A DNA stretch of 64,000 bases from Botryllus schlosseri (Eukaryota). The position numbers and the translations under genes were made by a program. The notes beneath the pieces were generated by a model. That model had not been told where the DNA came from, did no database searches, and saw only the letters and a list, made by a program, of their open reading frames with translations. The number at the start of each line of letters is the position of its first letter. The first letter of the stretch is position 1. The stretch spans positions 1,056,001-1,120,000 of the forward strand of contig CM119371.1 of NCBI GenBank assembly GCA_051294905.1. The letters are read 5' to 3'. Below, piece after piece: positions 12,001 through 24,000 of the stretch.

Positions 12001-15000
12001 TCCTTCAACAATTTCCTGATGCTTGGTGCCCGGTCAGTCACAACGGTTTCAATCGGCAAACCTTGAGCAAGTAATGCATCCAAGCACGCTCCATACCAAC
12101 TTTTTCCATTGCAACACTGCTGGAGCACTCTGTTTTTTGAACCAATTCGACGTGGACAATCTTCTCAGTCTTCTCCTCCATAAATGAATAAACCATATAT
12201 TTTGCAGAAAACCCAGGTGAGTCCGATCGCCCATCACCCATCAGTGTAATTGGTTTACATTGACCCTTCATGTCCCGTAAAACATCCTCCATATGTTCCT
12301 CATAGTAGGTCGCAATAGTTGGCAAAATGTATTGCGATTGTATTTCATAAAAACGACGTTCCGAAATGTAGTTAGTGTCCAGTAATTTGAAAACATCTGC
12401 AATATCAGTGTACGTGGCTCCCGAATATATTGTCGCGCCAACAGTAGAAAGGTTCATTGCCGACATCTTTCTGATTTCTATCTTGGTCGACGAGATTCCT
12501 ATGGCACTAAACCACTGTCGTCTTAGTGCAATTTCAGAAGGAATTTTATGAAGAGTATGCGATTCGTCATTCCTTTTGACATCACACGATGTAACGGCAC
12601 AACTTATCCATGTCATTGCAGCTTGCTATTATGTCTATGTATATTCTATATACTATTACGAAGACTCTGAGTAGAGCAAGACAATAACGTAGACAAGTGC
12701 TTTTCAACCTTTTTGAGCTCCATTCGTACTTTTTTTAAAAACAATTTAATTCGCACCAGCCAGCTGGAATTTATTACACAAAAAGAAAATGAAAAGCTTA
12801 TCACTTTTTGTATTTGTAGACCTTCCTGTAGGTACAGAGCGTCATTATTTCACATTTAGTGTATCGTATTGCTGATTAATCAAATACTAAAATCACTGCA
12901 GTAGAAAAATCACCGATATCGCACTTCCGCTGTTCTCAAGGTCTTCGTTGCTTTTTCTGCGGGTATCGTGCAGTTATTTCTTTCGAAGCTTAAAGGGCGA
13001 ACCCATGAACAATATTCACTCGCAACAATATCACTTTCCACTAAATCGACGTATTATGTCAACGCTATATGAATGTGTGCCGAAATTCCAATACTTCGCA
13101 TTCAAATCAACACTGGCATCGCACACTATTTCCTATAATGTAGGGTTATCATATTTTGGATTCGGGAAAGGAGGACGTTCGCACAAGTACGAACCGTCAT
13201 ACAGGTTGAAAAGCACTTTATTCTGTAGCCGTTTTTCAGAGAAACAGTAATTTCTTATCCACAACACGAATACCACCAGTCAGGGTTCCCCATGAACATG
13301 ACAAAATTCATGACATTCAAAATTGGTGGTTCGGGTACTGTAGGAAAATTCATCATCCCTAACCAAAATCCAACGGCACGCAAACCTAACCTGAGCCCAC
13401 AACTCCGCAGCTGACCCTAAAACATATATAATATATTCATTATATTGTAATGTTACTAATCCCCAAGCCATAATTTTAAGATACTCTCAAACCCTCATCT
13501 TATGATTCTCCAACCTGAATGCGAAACCAATTATGACCGCTCTGAATTTTGAAATGTTCAGAGGGCACACTAATTGGTGATGGTAATGTTTTATACATAA
13601 CATAAGAATAGGACATGATCTATTCCTTCCCTCAAGAAATAGAATACACTAGGCCCGATTACTAGAAAAATCTAGTGACTGAATATCGTCCGTGGAACGC
13701 CGTATCTACACCACCTTGGCGTGTTAGACATATTTGCTTCAGAACATCGGCTGACTTCTATCTGAAGCTCGTCCTCTGCGTGACTGCGTAATCGCGTCGA
13801 GCAAGTGCGACGATGAAGTCATCGTGCCATGTTACGGGTTAAGATATTATCCGGAGCCGCGACTGCTGCAACTCTAGAAATTTCAATAAATTGCAGCTCC
13901 ATTACGGTGGCGTTCTGAAGAAAACGGCTGCGGCCAAAATTTTTTTTTCGTTATACTCTTCAATTTGAGACCACATCATTTTTTGAGCGCAGTGCCCCTT
14001 TAATCTCTCTGAGGCATACTGCAGCTATTGCAAAAAGAAATTCAAGTTTTCAACTAAGACTTCATCAGGCTAGATCACACATTTGTAGAGATGTTATCCC
14101 AGTCTTATCTCCTATCTTAGCTTAATATACTGGGGCCAGAACCTTTCCGCATCCTAATGTTCATCAAATGCAGTCGAACAGTTTTGAGCAAGTGAAAATG
14201 TAACTGCGAACAAAAATTTTGTAATTAGTAGTTATCGGGAGATTCTTTGCTTTTGCATTTATTTCAATTTTACACACCATATTGGTATCATCCTTATCGC
14301 CTTACCAATTACATTTTATTGACCTTACTCAGCTCCGAGTATTCGTTTGAGTACATTTCATTGACTTTCTTGTATCCTATTCGCTATTAGTCGTTGCCAG
14401 TCGCTCGAACTTTTGATTGTTAGTAGTCGCTTACAAAAATTTTCTTTTTTTTTTGTATTTTTCAGAGCCAATGACTAGGAATACTTTGAATACGTTCAAG
14501 TTTTTTTATTTCTAATTAAAGGGTATTCTGCATAGTACGAATCATGAATGAAACATGAATAGCTTGAGATTGTTGCTAAATACGTCGCTACAGTTCAGTG
14601 TTGGGATCAAGTCACTACCTTCGAGTCACGAGTCATCTCGAGTCATTGCACATTTTGACTCGTGTCAAGTCAAGTCAAATGATTTTCGAAGGTGACTCGA
14701 GTCAAGTCAAGTCACTCGTTTTTTGGATGTGACTCGATTCACGTCAAGTCAAGTCAAGTTAAGTCGAGTCACGAGTCAAGCCACAATTCAAGTCAAATTG
14801 AATTTTCGAAGTATCAGCGACGATTCAAAGTCATTACATTTTGCTAGATGTGAGAAAGACAGGTTAATTATCCATTTATCTTGCATCAAATAATGAATAT
14901 AAAGTTTTGTATGCATGCAAGAAGGCGTTGTGTCTATCACGCACACGTAGACCCGCAAAAAAATAGGCGACTAACTGTATAGCTATGCTACAGTCTGTTA

Positions 15001-18000
15001 ATATCAGCCAATAGGATCGAATACGAAGCCTCGTGAAGTTGTAACAAATTGATATGGTACAATACACTACCATCTACACATCCGTGAGAAAACAAACATA
15101 TCAACTATATTCACCAGATTTAAATCATACAAGAGGGGTTGGTAAAGGTAATCAATGGGCCATGCTAGCACACGCTGTTGTTGAATACTTCTTCTTCTAC
15201 TACTATTACTACTACTACTACTACTACGACAACGTAACCTATGATCATTTCGCTTGTGGTGAATGTATTTGTGATTCAATAATGGAGGATCATTCAAACG
15301 TACATTCCTCTGAATGCCTGGTTACTTTCACAAGTGACACAAGGTATCGCTAAAAATATGAACATACACAAAATAAAGGGATTTAATTGATAGCGTTTAC
15401 TTGATGACTTGAAATTGAGTCGTAAATTTTGCTCAGAGTCACGAGTCAATCCGCATTTTTGAAGCGCCAAGTCAAGGCAAGTCATTTCTGCAAATTGACT
15501 CGAGTCAAGTCAAGTCATACGAAAAATTTGACTCGAGTCATCCTAACACTGCTAAAGTTGTCAAAGATCACCTGAATAGCGAATCAATCAGACTTTCACC
15601 AGTAATTGTAATTATAATTGTACTTACATGTTCAGCAGTAGTTGTAATTGTAGTCAGGGTTCTAAAGACTCGAGTCACGATTTTCTGATGACTCGACTTA
15701 ACTCGAGTGATTTTCGCAAAATTCCGAAATGACTCGACTCAACTCGAGTTAATATGTGTATTGATCCGACTTGGACTCGAGTCAATACGCATGACTCGAA
15801 CCAAGTCATATGACTCGAGACTCGCCAACCCAAGACCGACATTTCATTGTATTTTCAAAGCATAGTTAAGTGACCACACTATTGGTATTTCGCCTATTGA
15901 TACTGGTAAGCTGCTTGAAAATGCGATCAAAAACTGCTACAAGTGAGGAAATTTAATATATTACGAATGCGAACCATTTGATATCAACAAACTGGGTTTT
16001 AAGAAGTGGGTTACCAAGAATTTACCCGGAAGCCGAGAATTCAACACAATCACTTGGACTTGAGTCATAATGCCATGACTCGGACTCCACCCTCTGATCG
16101 CTGACTTGGACTCGGTGGTGAATTGAAAATGATTCGACTTGACTCGAGTCAAAACTATGAAAATGAGATTAACTTGTTTCTCGAAGCCTTCGTGACTAGG
16201 TTACAACCCTGATGGTAGTTGTAATTTGATAATTTAGCATAGAGTAATTGTAATCTTGTGTAATTAAAACATGCAACAAAGTAATTGTAATTGAAATTGA
16301 ATTCAATTAATTTAATCGATTCAACACTGGAGATGGCCCTATATTTAAATTAATACAAAGTGTACTAAATTGCGCGTAGCGCCGAGAAAAAATTTCAGTA
16401 GCATAAATCTGCTATTATTTTTTATGTTTATTTGGAAAAGATTTTGAGCGTACTTCAAGCCTTCAAAACTATGGACTTTGAGGTATATATTAAAATTTTC
16501 TTCCAGACACACCAACGTGTACAGTGAAATCCCGAACATGTCCCGGAAAATCCAGACGTATACCAATCCTAGTAACTTGAGAATTTCGGACAATCATCCG
16601 TGTGCGTATTTTTCAACAAGAGCAATGTTATTGTGATGCAACGATGCGTTCGGATCATACCCACACCGCACTGCGATGATCTAAATCAATGGTGTCAAAG
16701 AAACCGAATGTTGAGTAATATTGATAGGCCAAATTATACCCAGTTACCCACTCTAGTGACAAAATGTGAGCACCGAGTTCACAGGTTTGTGTAAAATTGT
16801 ATTGCGAAGTATTTCTTCATTGAAGCGAAAACGCAATGCAAAATCGTTATATACAGGTCACACAGAGATTAAAAAGTGACAAATCATGGTGCTAATATCT
16901 GTTTTCGCAGCGCTAAGTCAGTTTTTGGTCAAACGGTCCCTGTCCTCCACACAAACCTGAAACGGGATTCAATATTGCTGAGCCAAATTCCAACGTCACC
17001 GTTTATAGTTAAATCTATCTTATTTCTCACAGCATATAGTCAGGGCTAACGCCAGATCAGAACTGAAACAATAAGAGAGCGTAAAAGCATACCACCTTAA
17101 ACCGTCGTTAGGGCCATTGCTTCAGCTGTTTATATATCTATTCAACACGCAAATTGTACTTTTGCCAAATTGATTGCTTGCGAATAAAAGTGTTACTAGA
17201 TTAGAACTCATATCATCCGTCACATAATGTAATATACTATCTTGTACACCGGCTTCATAATAAAGTAGTACAATGGCAAAATAGGGCATTGGATTTGAGA
17301 TAACATTTTGGAAGAATTCGACTGGTCCAGCCAACAAACTATCTGTAGGTTTGAATCCAGCCTGCGACGCAAGTTGAGTTTGAACACCCTGATTTCAATC
17401 CTACTCTTATATCAAGACTCCAGCATTAAATAGGTAATATGTCTGAAGATAGGAAAACTAGTATTCGATGCACGATGCGATTTTAGTTGACTGATATGCT
17501 ATTCTGATTTTTTTCTCCGGTGACCTGTAGTCCCCCGCTTGAAGTCACACTACTTATTGTGGACGGCCTTGAACTCGCATTTTGATTATAGGGTCCGTAC
17601 ACATGGCACTCGCTCGGGCCCGACATGCGACTTGAAATAGCCTATACCTACCGAGCCACATATCAATTCAAGTATTTTATGCTTGAACTCACTTGTATTC
17701 TTTTTTCAATACTCCCAGTAATGATCGCCAAAAGCTCTGCATTAATGCTGCAGTCATATAAATTCAAGCGATACAGACTTTCACTCCTTACTGCAAGCGA
17801 TCCGACAATATGAGCCTCATCGCGACTCAATGAGATGCCAGATGCATCAATATCGGAAATTTGTCTCATAAGATCGTCGTCTCCCGATTCATAGATTGCT
17901 GTATACAGTTCCATGCGAACGTGGTTGTCCTCTTTCTTCTTGAGTTGCGAACGAATTGATCCACCAAGAATTTGTCTTTTCAGTGACCGATTTGAGACTG

Positions 18001-21000
18001 TCAATCAAATAATGCACCTCACTATATCATATTACAATCGAGTAAAGAGAAACAACAGTTTTCCCTAAGGCACAGCCATGGAAGGCGTACTTGCTCACAA
18101 ATGTACGCCTGTTTTCACAACGATACAATGAATCCATGACATATGTCATTGTTGTAAAATATAGATCCTAAAGGCGAATCGTTAAAATTTCCAATTGCCT
18201 GTCGCAGATTTTCCGGCTGTCTACGTATATGCGACTTTATGTACGCAGACCGACAGAATATGATACAGTTCAGATTGGATTGATCTCTTATTGCATTGTC
18301 ACAATAGTGCGATAGAGCATGAATTCAATAAGCTCGCTGGATCCGTACCCACCATATTGTCAAGCGTGAGATATTGATTTTCTACATTTAAATTAATCGA
18401 AATTCTTTTGCAACTTTGCAAAATATATAATTTTTACCACTATTGAATGTAAACATGGAATGGCAACGAAAAAATGGCCAATTACGCTGAGTGATTGTTC
18501 GGAGCAATGAACGATCACAGCTAGTAACCTTGACTCAAAAAGCCTAAGACTCGGTTCACAATTGAGTTACTCAGATACTTAAAATATGACACGACCAAAC
18601 TCGCTTATAAAGACGGATAATTCACAGACTTGTGTTTAATGGGAGTTTTCTTATGGATTTATGTTTTATCATATATTTTGCAAATTGCTCGCAAGCGTCT
18701 TTCGTCGTTATGTACCTGGCAAATGAATGCCGGCAATCCAAGATGTGAACTAACCATTAGGCTTATCAGTGTCAATATCAGTTAGTTAAAAGAGTTATGT
18801 AGTATACTGCTTAAAAAATAGGAAAATCTGGCATGGACATGAAAAGTGTCGGTGAAAATATCACTGTAATATAATTTTGTTTTGCGGGTTTTGCAATGAC
18901 CAAGTGACAAATACGGTTTTACTGCATTCTATCCGCCTTGAAATTGAATCGATAATGTTATCGGTAAACGTATTCAGGGATAAATATGATCGTTCTGCAT
19001 TGAATGAAGTAAATGCATCGGGATAATTAAGGGCTACTACGGTAACATATGTCTCATAACTATCCGTTTTATGGCTTTCAACGTCTTGAAAGTAGCAGGA
19101 ACACGACCACGAAAAACGATATCCTCCATTGAGACCCACCTTCATGAACATCATCCGGTTTTTCATCGTAAATGAGGCCGCACACAAATCTGCGGACGAC
19201 CGCCCATCGCTCTTTGTGCAGGTGTTTAGAGTTGAAGCTCATGAACTTTTTACGCGTCATTTCCACTACAAAGCCCGCTGCAAGGAATTCCTGGAGACTT
19301 TGATGGCAGAAGAAGAAAATGAAACTGCCATCCAACAGATTGCAACTGAGGAGGTTATTTCCTGGAACCTTCATCATGAGATCTTGAACTTCATCTTTTG
19401 AAAGTCTAAACCTCTTCAAATCATTTTCAGAGAATGTCACTCTCCCTTCTTTCATGCCAAGATATGCCATTGCTTTCAATTTATTGATAATCCCCGCAAT
19501 AGCATCAGCCTTTCTAATGTTTTTCACGCTACTTAAAGTGGATATAATTTTTTTGTAGAGTCCTGTGACCGTCTTGGGAGGAGGCTCGTTCGGATTTTTG
19601 GCCATGATCACAGCGGTTAAGACCAGAAAAACGGGAATGGAAACTAAATTGATCAGCCTTGGTGACATCGTTTCTATCCTCGCCCATGCTTCATCCCCAT
19701 GATCATGTATAAGAAACACAAAAAGCTTCTTTGCGTCATCTAGATTCAGACCAGAAAGTGTGATGATGTCGGTGGGTCGAGCTTCCGCGGGCAGATCCGA
19801 GACTTGGAATTCGCGGGAAGAGATGACGATCTTTGTATCAGCGAGCAGATTACGTGAGAGGATGTTGTACATGATCGTTGCTGCTTTGGCTTTACTATAA
19901 GGATTTATGTTCTCATCGCCATCTCTGTTGATTTTCCAAGTAGCCTGATCCAAGCCGTCGAAATATAAAACTGCTTCTGATTGATGTTCAAGCAACCACT
20001 GATACGCATAATCCTCGTCGATCTTATTCTGAAAGAGGCCTCCGAAGAGAAATTTAGATGGTTTCATGGATCTTTTATCTCGCATGCCTTTTATTTCTAT
20101 ATAATGTATCAATTTATACTTGAGCTGAGAGGGGCTTGCAGTGGCTCCTGTATTCGTGAGTGAATGCCCTAAAGTTTTTCTAGCGATTCTGCGCATGAGA
20201 GTGGTTTTCCCAGATCCTGCAGACGCAACTATAGCGGTGATAGAACTTTCCCCGATGATAAGTTGCTGCAAAACTTCATCTAGCTCGATGAATTTGTTGT
20301 CGTCAACTTTTTGTCGGAGGAATCCGAACTCCTTTCTGAATTGATTTTTAACCACCTCTTCCTTTCGCCAGAAGAAGAATTTTTTTTTTACTGCCACTTC
20401 CATTTCGTGCACCTCTTCATAATTGCCTTTGAAATATCCCGACTTAGTGACTCTTCTCATCTGGGGATGTACTTGGAAATCAGGTTTGTTGAGGTCGTCG
20501 GCGCCGATGTCTTCGAGGATTCTGTCCGCCGTCTTTTGAGACGCATTATCGTTTATGCATTTTATCAGGGCTGAAGCTTTTTCTGGAAGATAACAATATT
20601 CTTTCTTCATTATATTTTATGTATAGAAATGATCGGACAAAATCTATTACCTCTGTTTGGTAATATTTTATATAACCTAGAACCCAGGTATTAAAGAAAG
20701 ATATAGAGATTTATATAGTGAATATTGCTGAATTCAGTTCGGTAAACCCGGTACCCTAAATTTACCAAGATATCAATTCATTATGGTTGAGTACAGCATC
20801 GTAAATGCCGATAATTCAAGTCTATTCGTTTGTACGAACTTACGCGTAAGTTCCTCTCTCGCACCCATTCTCGGTATTGGTATGGAACCCCGCGGCCCTA
20901 GTCTGCCGAGATTTCCCACTACTTGCTTACTACCTCAAATTTTAGTGACTGTTTGTTATTATCTTCGTGTGCGCACTGCGCAGCATGCGAGAGTGGAGCT

Positions 21001-24000
21001 TATACGCGTAAATAGAAGCGAAAAGACTTCCATTATCGGCATTTACGGTTCTATACCATTACCGGTACCGAGAACGGCCAATGCCAGGAATGTAACTTAC
21101 TGAGAAGACACCGAATTTGGCAAAGCCGTCATGCACATGCACATGACCTGTATATTAGGATCTTCAAAAATGACTTTTTTTCTCAAATCGTACTGGCTAC
21201 TTGATAAAATCGTTAGGTTGCCTAATTTAAGCATACACACAAAATTCGGTTCAATTCCAGCCCGTAGTCTCTTTGCTATAGGAGAAAAAAGTTTATATTT
21301 ATTCTAAAAAAATAAATGTTTAAAAAATTGAAAATTTTCTGTTCACCCCATGAAAGTGTTAGGCCGTCTAGAGAAACGATGTTCACCAAATTTGGTTCAA
21401 TTTCAACCAGTGGAAGCGAAGTAATTGTCGAAGAAAAATTTGGATTTGAATAAAATACCGTAGTATTTACGGTGGGCGCTACTATAATAAATAATTAAAT
21501 TGGGTAACCTAACAATTTTATCAAGTAGCCAGTAGTACGATTTGAGAAAAAAAGTCACTTTTGAAGACCCCTACTGTTTATATGCATAACATGCCTGCAT
21601 TGCATACTTTGCATTCTCGGTAACGGTTTCCTCGGTATTGACAGGACACCGGCCGGCGGGCCACATTATCAACCAAGACTGGAAACCCGCGGGCCGTATG
21701 CTGCCCGCCTCTGAGCTAGGCCATCATATAGCTCTTTATGCAAATCGAAGAGAGTAGAACCATACTAGAAATAGTTTACAGCATGTTGTTGAATCACTCC
21801 TTGACATTATTATGCAATATTTGATGAAAATTGCAGCAAAAATTGGCTACGAAAAAAAGAGGAAAGTTGCAAAAAGTTGCACTATAAAATACCGCCAAAC
21901 AGTTTAAAACACCATAGTACATAGATTATGAGTATCTAGAAAGCTTTTGGAAGCGGTAAAATAGTCGACATAGTATACTAAACCACAGCTACTCTACTAT
22001 ACTCGAAAAATTACGGTACTCATTTACTATACATGCACTGTGCCACAGTGGTTCTCAACCTTCTTGATCTCGTGGACCGCTTGAACTTCAAAACAAATGT
22101 TGAGGACATGTGATCCTTCAAAAATGTAGAACAACTTGTCCATATATCTCTGAGCTCTTATTGCTAGTTACCATTTGACAAAATTTGTCATATCTCAAAA
22201 TTTTATCCGGCCTTGTTTGCAACATGTATCCTCGTATGCAGTGATTTATGATAATTCATGTTGAAATACGACGATCACGCTACCTCTGGTTTATTTCCAC
22301 AAAGCGTTTCGAACTAGGTATTTTATCCCACAGCGAATAGTGTGTCGAAATCTAAGAAAGACGCACTGTACCACTTTTAAAAGTGAGAGTGAGAGTGAGA
22401 GCCAGAGCCAGAGCCATTTGTGTATTAAACATGATTAAATGATTAAATAAATATATTTGTATTTGATAGCTGAAAATCAAATCTTCATATTATTTCTCCA
22501 TCATATATAATAAAGGATGATACTGTTTAGTGTTGTGGCCTGCAACCTTGCATGAAGTTTTTATAATATGGGTTGCTTTGATTGAAATTTGGAATACGTT
22601 TATGTTAAATTTATTGGACCAGATAGTATGAGCATAGTGTCCTATATGGTGTGGACACAGCGGAAGTAAAGGGTTCGTTGCATTTTGGTTAGGTCATACT
22701 TTCCATTTGACCAAAGGCAACTTTACGGCCATTTTTTATCGTGTTGATGAGCGCCAAATTCAATAAAACGGGGATCAATGGAAAGCTATTGCTATACTGA
22801 TTCCGAAAATACAAATATCATTCTGTTCATGGTCCTAGAACCCCCATAATTAGTATAGAAAACTGCATTGTTCTCAAGTTTTGTCATTGTGATGCAACAA
22901 AACTGTCTCTTTCTTCTGAGCTTTACTCTCGTTTTGCCAGACGTAGCGTTAATTAGTCGAGTGCTATTCGGGCACGATTCAAAACTATTTCCAATAGTGA
23001 AGTCACTTAACCCAAAAATACCAACCAGCCTTTGAACTCTTACCACTTGTTTTTACTACTGTCCTAAAAATATGGGGATACCAGACCCAGGCAATTTTCG
23101 AAAGGGAGCGCTGCATTGGGAAAAAGGTTACAAGAACAACTGTACTATAGCATCCACCATAATACCATGTATCACTTTTGTTTAAAAGTATATGTAGCAT
23201 TCACATAAAATCTGTCCAAAACGAGTTGCGGGCTACTTATGAGTCGCCTCATATAACACTTACACGAAAACCTGATAAAGACAAGAAATTTGCTATCAGA
23301 ACCGAGTGCAAAAATACGTCCTAAACCCTGAACTATTTTCATCTTTAAATTAGGATAAATAGATTTAATACATTTGGTGGACCGGCACTGATCGGCAGCT
23401 GAGAACCACTGCTGTACAGTACATGTACACTACATGATGTAGGCTACTGCTCGTGCAGGATGTGTGCTATACATGGGTACTGGATTTTTCTCAGTAACTA
23501 CATGCCAATTTCAGGGTATGTATTATACATGGGGCGTAATATACATAAAAAATTACAGTATACCGTAAACCGGGGTTACTTTTGACTCAAGGGTAACTTT
23601 GGACACTAAGCAGTAAAAGATTTAAATGGTTATTAAATGGTTGCCGCTGAATGTCAAATTCTTTTTCATGAGGCAACAGTACCACAAGTAGTCTCAATAA
23701 AAGATGGATTCATTTCACTACAAGATAAACTTGAGCCAACATTGATAAATTAATGGCGGGGGTCAATTTCATCAAAATTGATGGCTATTAAACTTCTCAC
23801 CAATAAACATTAATAGCATGTGATTCATAGACACAAAACTTGGCAACAGATACCTCTAAGTCAGGGGTCACCAACACGCGGCCCGCGGGCCGCATGCGGC
23901 CCGCCAAGTCATATTCTGCGGCCCGCGACCTGATTTGAGATTTCGGATGAAAGCTAAGAAATCCAATTTCAAATGCTGAACTTGACTACAGTTTCAACAT

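Larger units (their letters stand above)
8903..13999 (-). mobile_element. Kolobok-superfamily DNA transposon, full-length, coding-decayed
   Basis: TTAA at 8899-8902 and 14000-14003; AGGGGCAC...GTGCCCCT termini; ~215-bp near-identical TIR plus ~85 bp of diverged extension; convergent transposase and KolX-like genes inside. Confidence 0.92.

Noticed and set aside
8903..13999. piggyBac classification based on the TTAA TSD
   Set aside because: Termini are AGG..CCT rather than CCC..GGG, and the transposase motifs and KolX-like gene fit Kolobok.
15054..15353. Poly-Tyr/poly-Ser ORFs
   Set aside because: Microsatellite within a MITE.
17122..17630. Minus-strand open frames, including a [14 protein letters not shown]-like string and ORF 17122-17337
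   Set aside because: No consistent splice phase or donor and no recognisable domain; could be chance.
20583..20610. ATG at 20610 as the NLR start
   Set aside because: A good acceptor (tcttccag) at 20583 in matching phase links to upstream exons, so MKKEYCYLP is more likely intronic. Not excluded without transcripts.
20651..20676. 26-nt micro-exon candidate (ctag|...GAG|gtaat)
   Set aside because: Its length breaks the phase 1-1 connection between 32018 and 20582.
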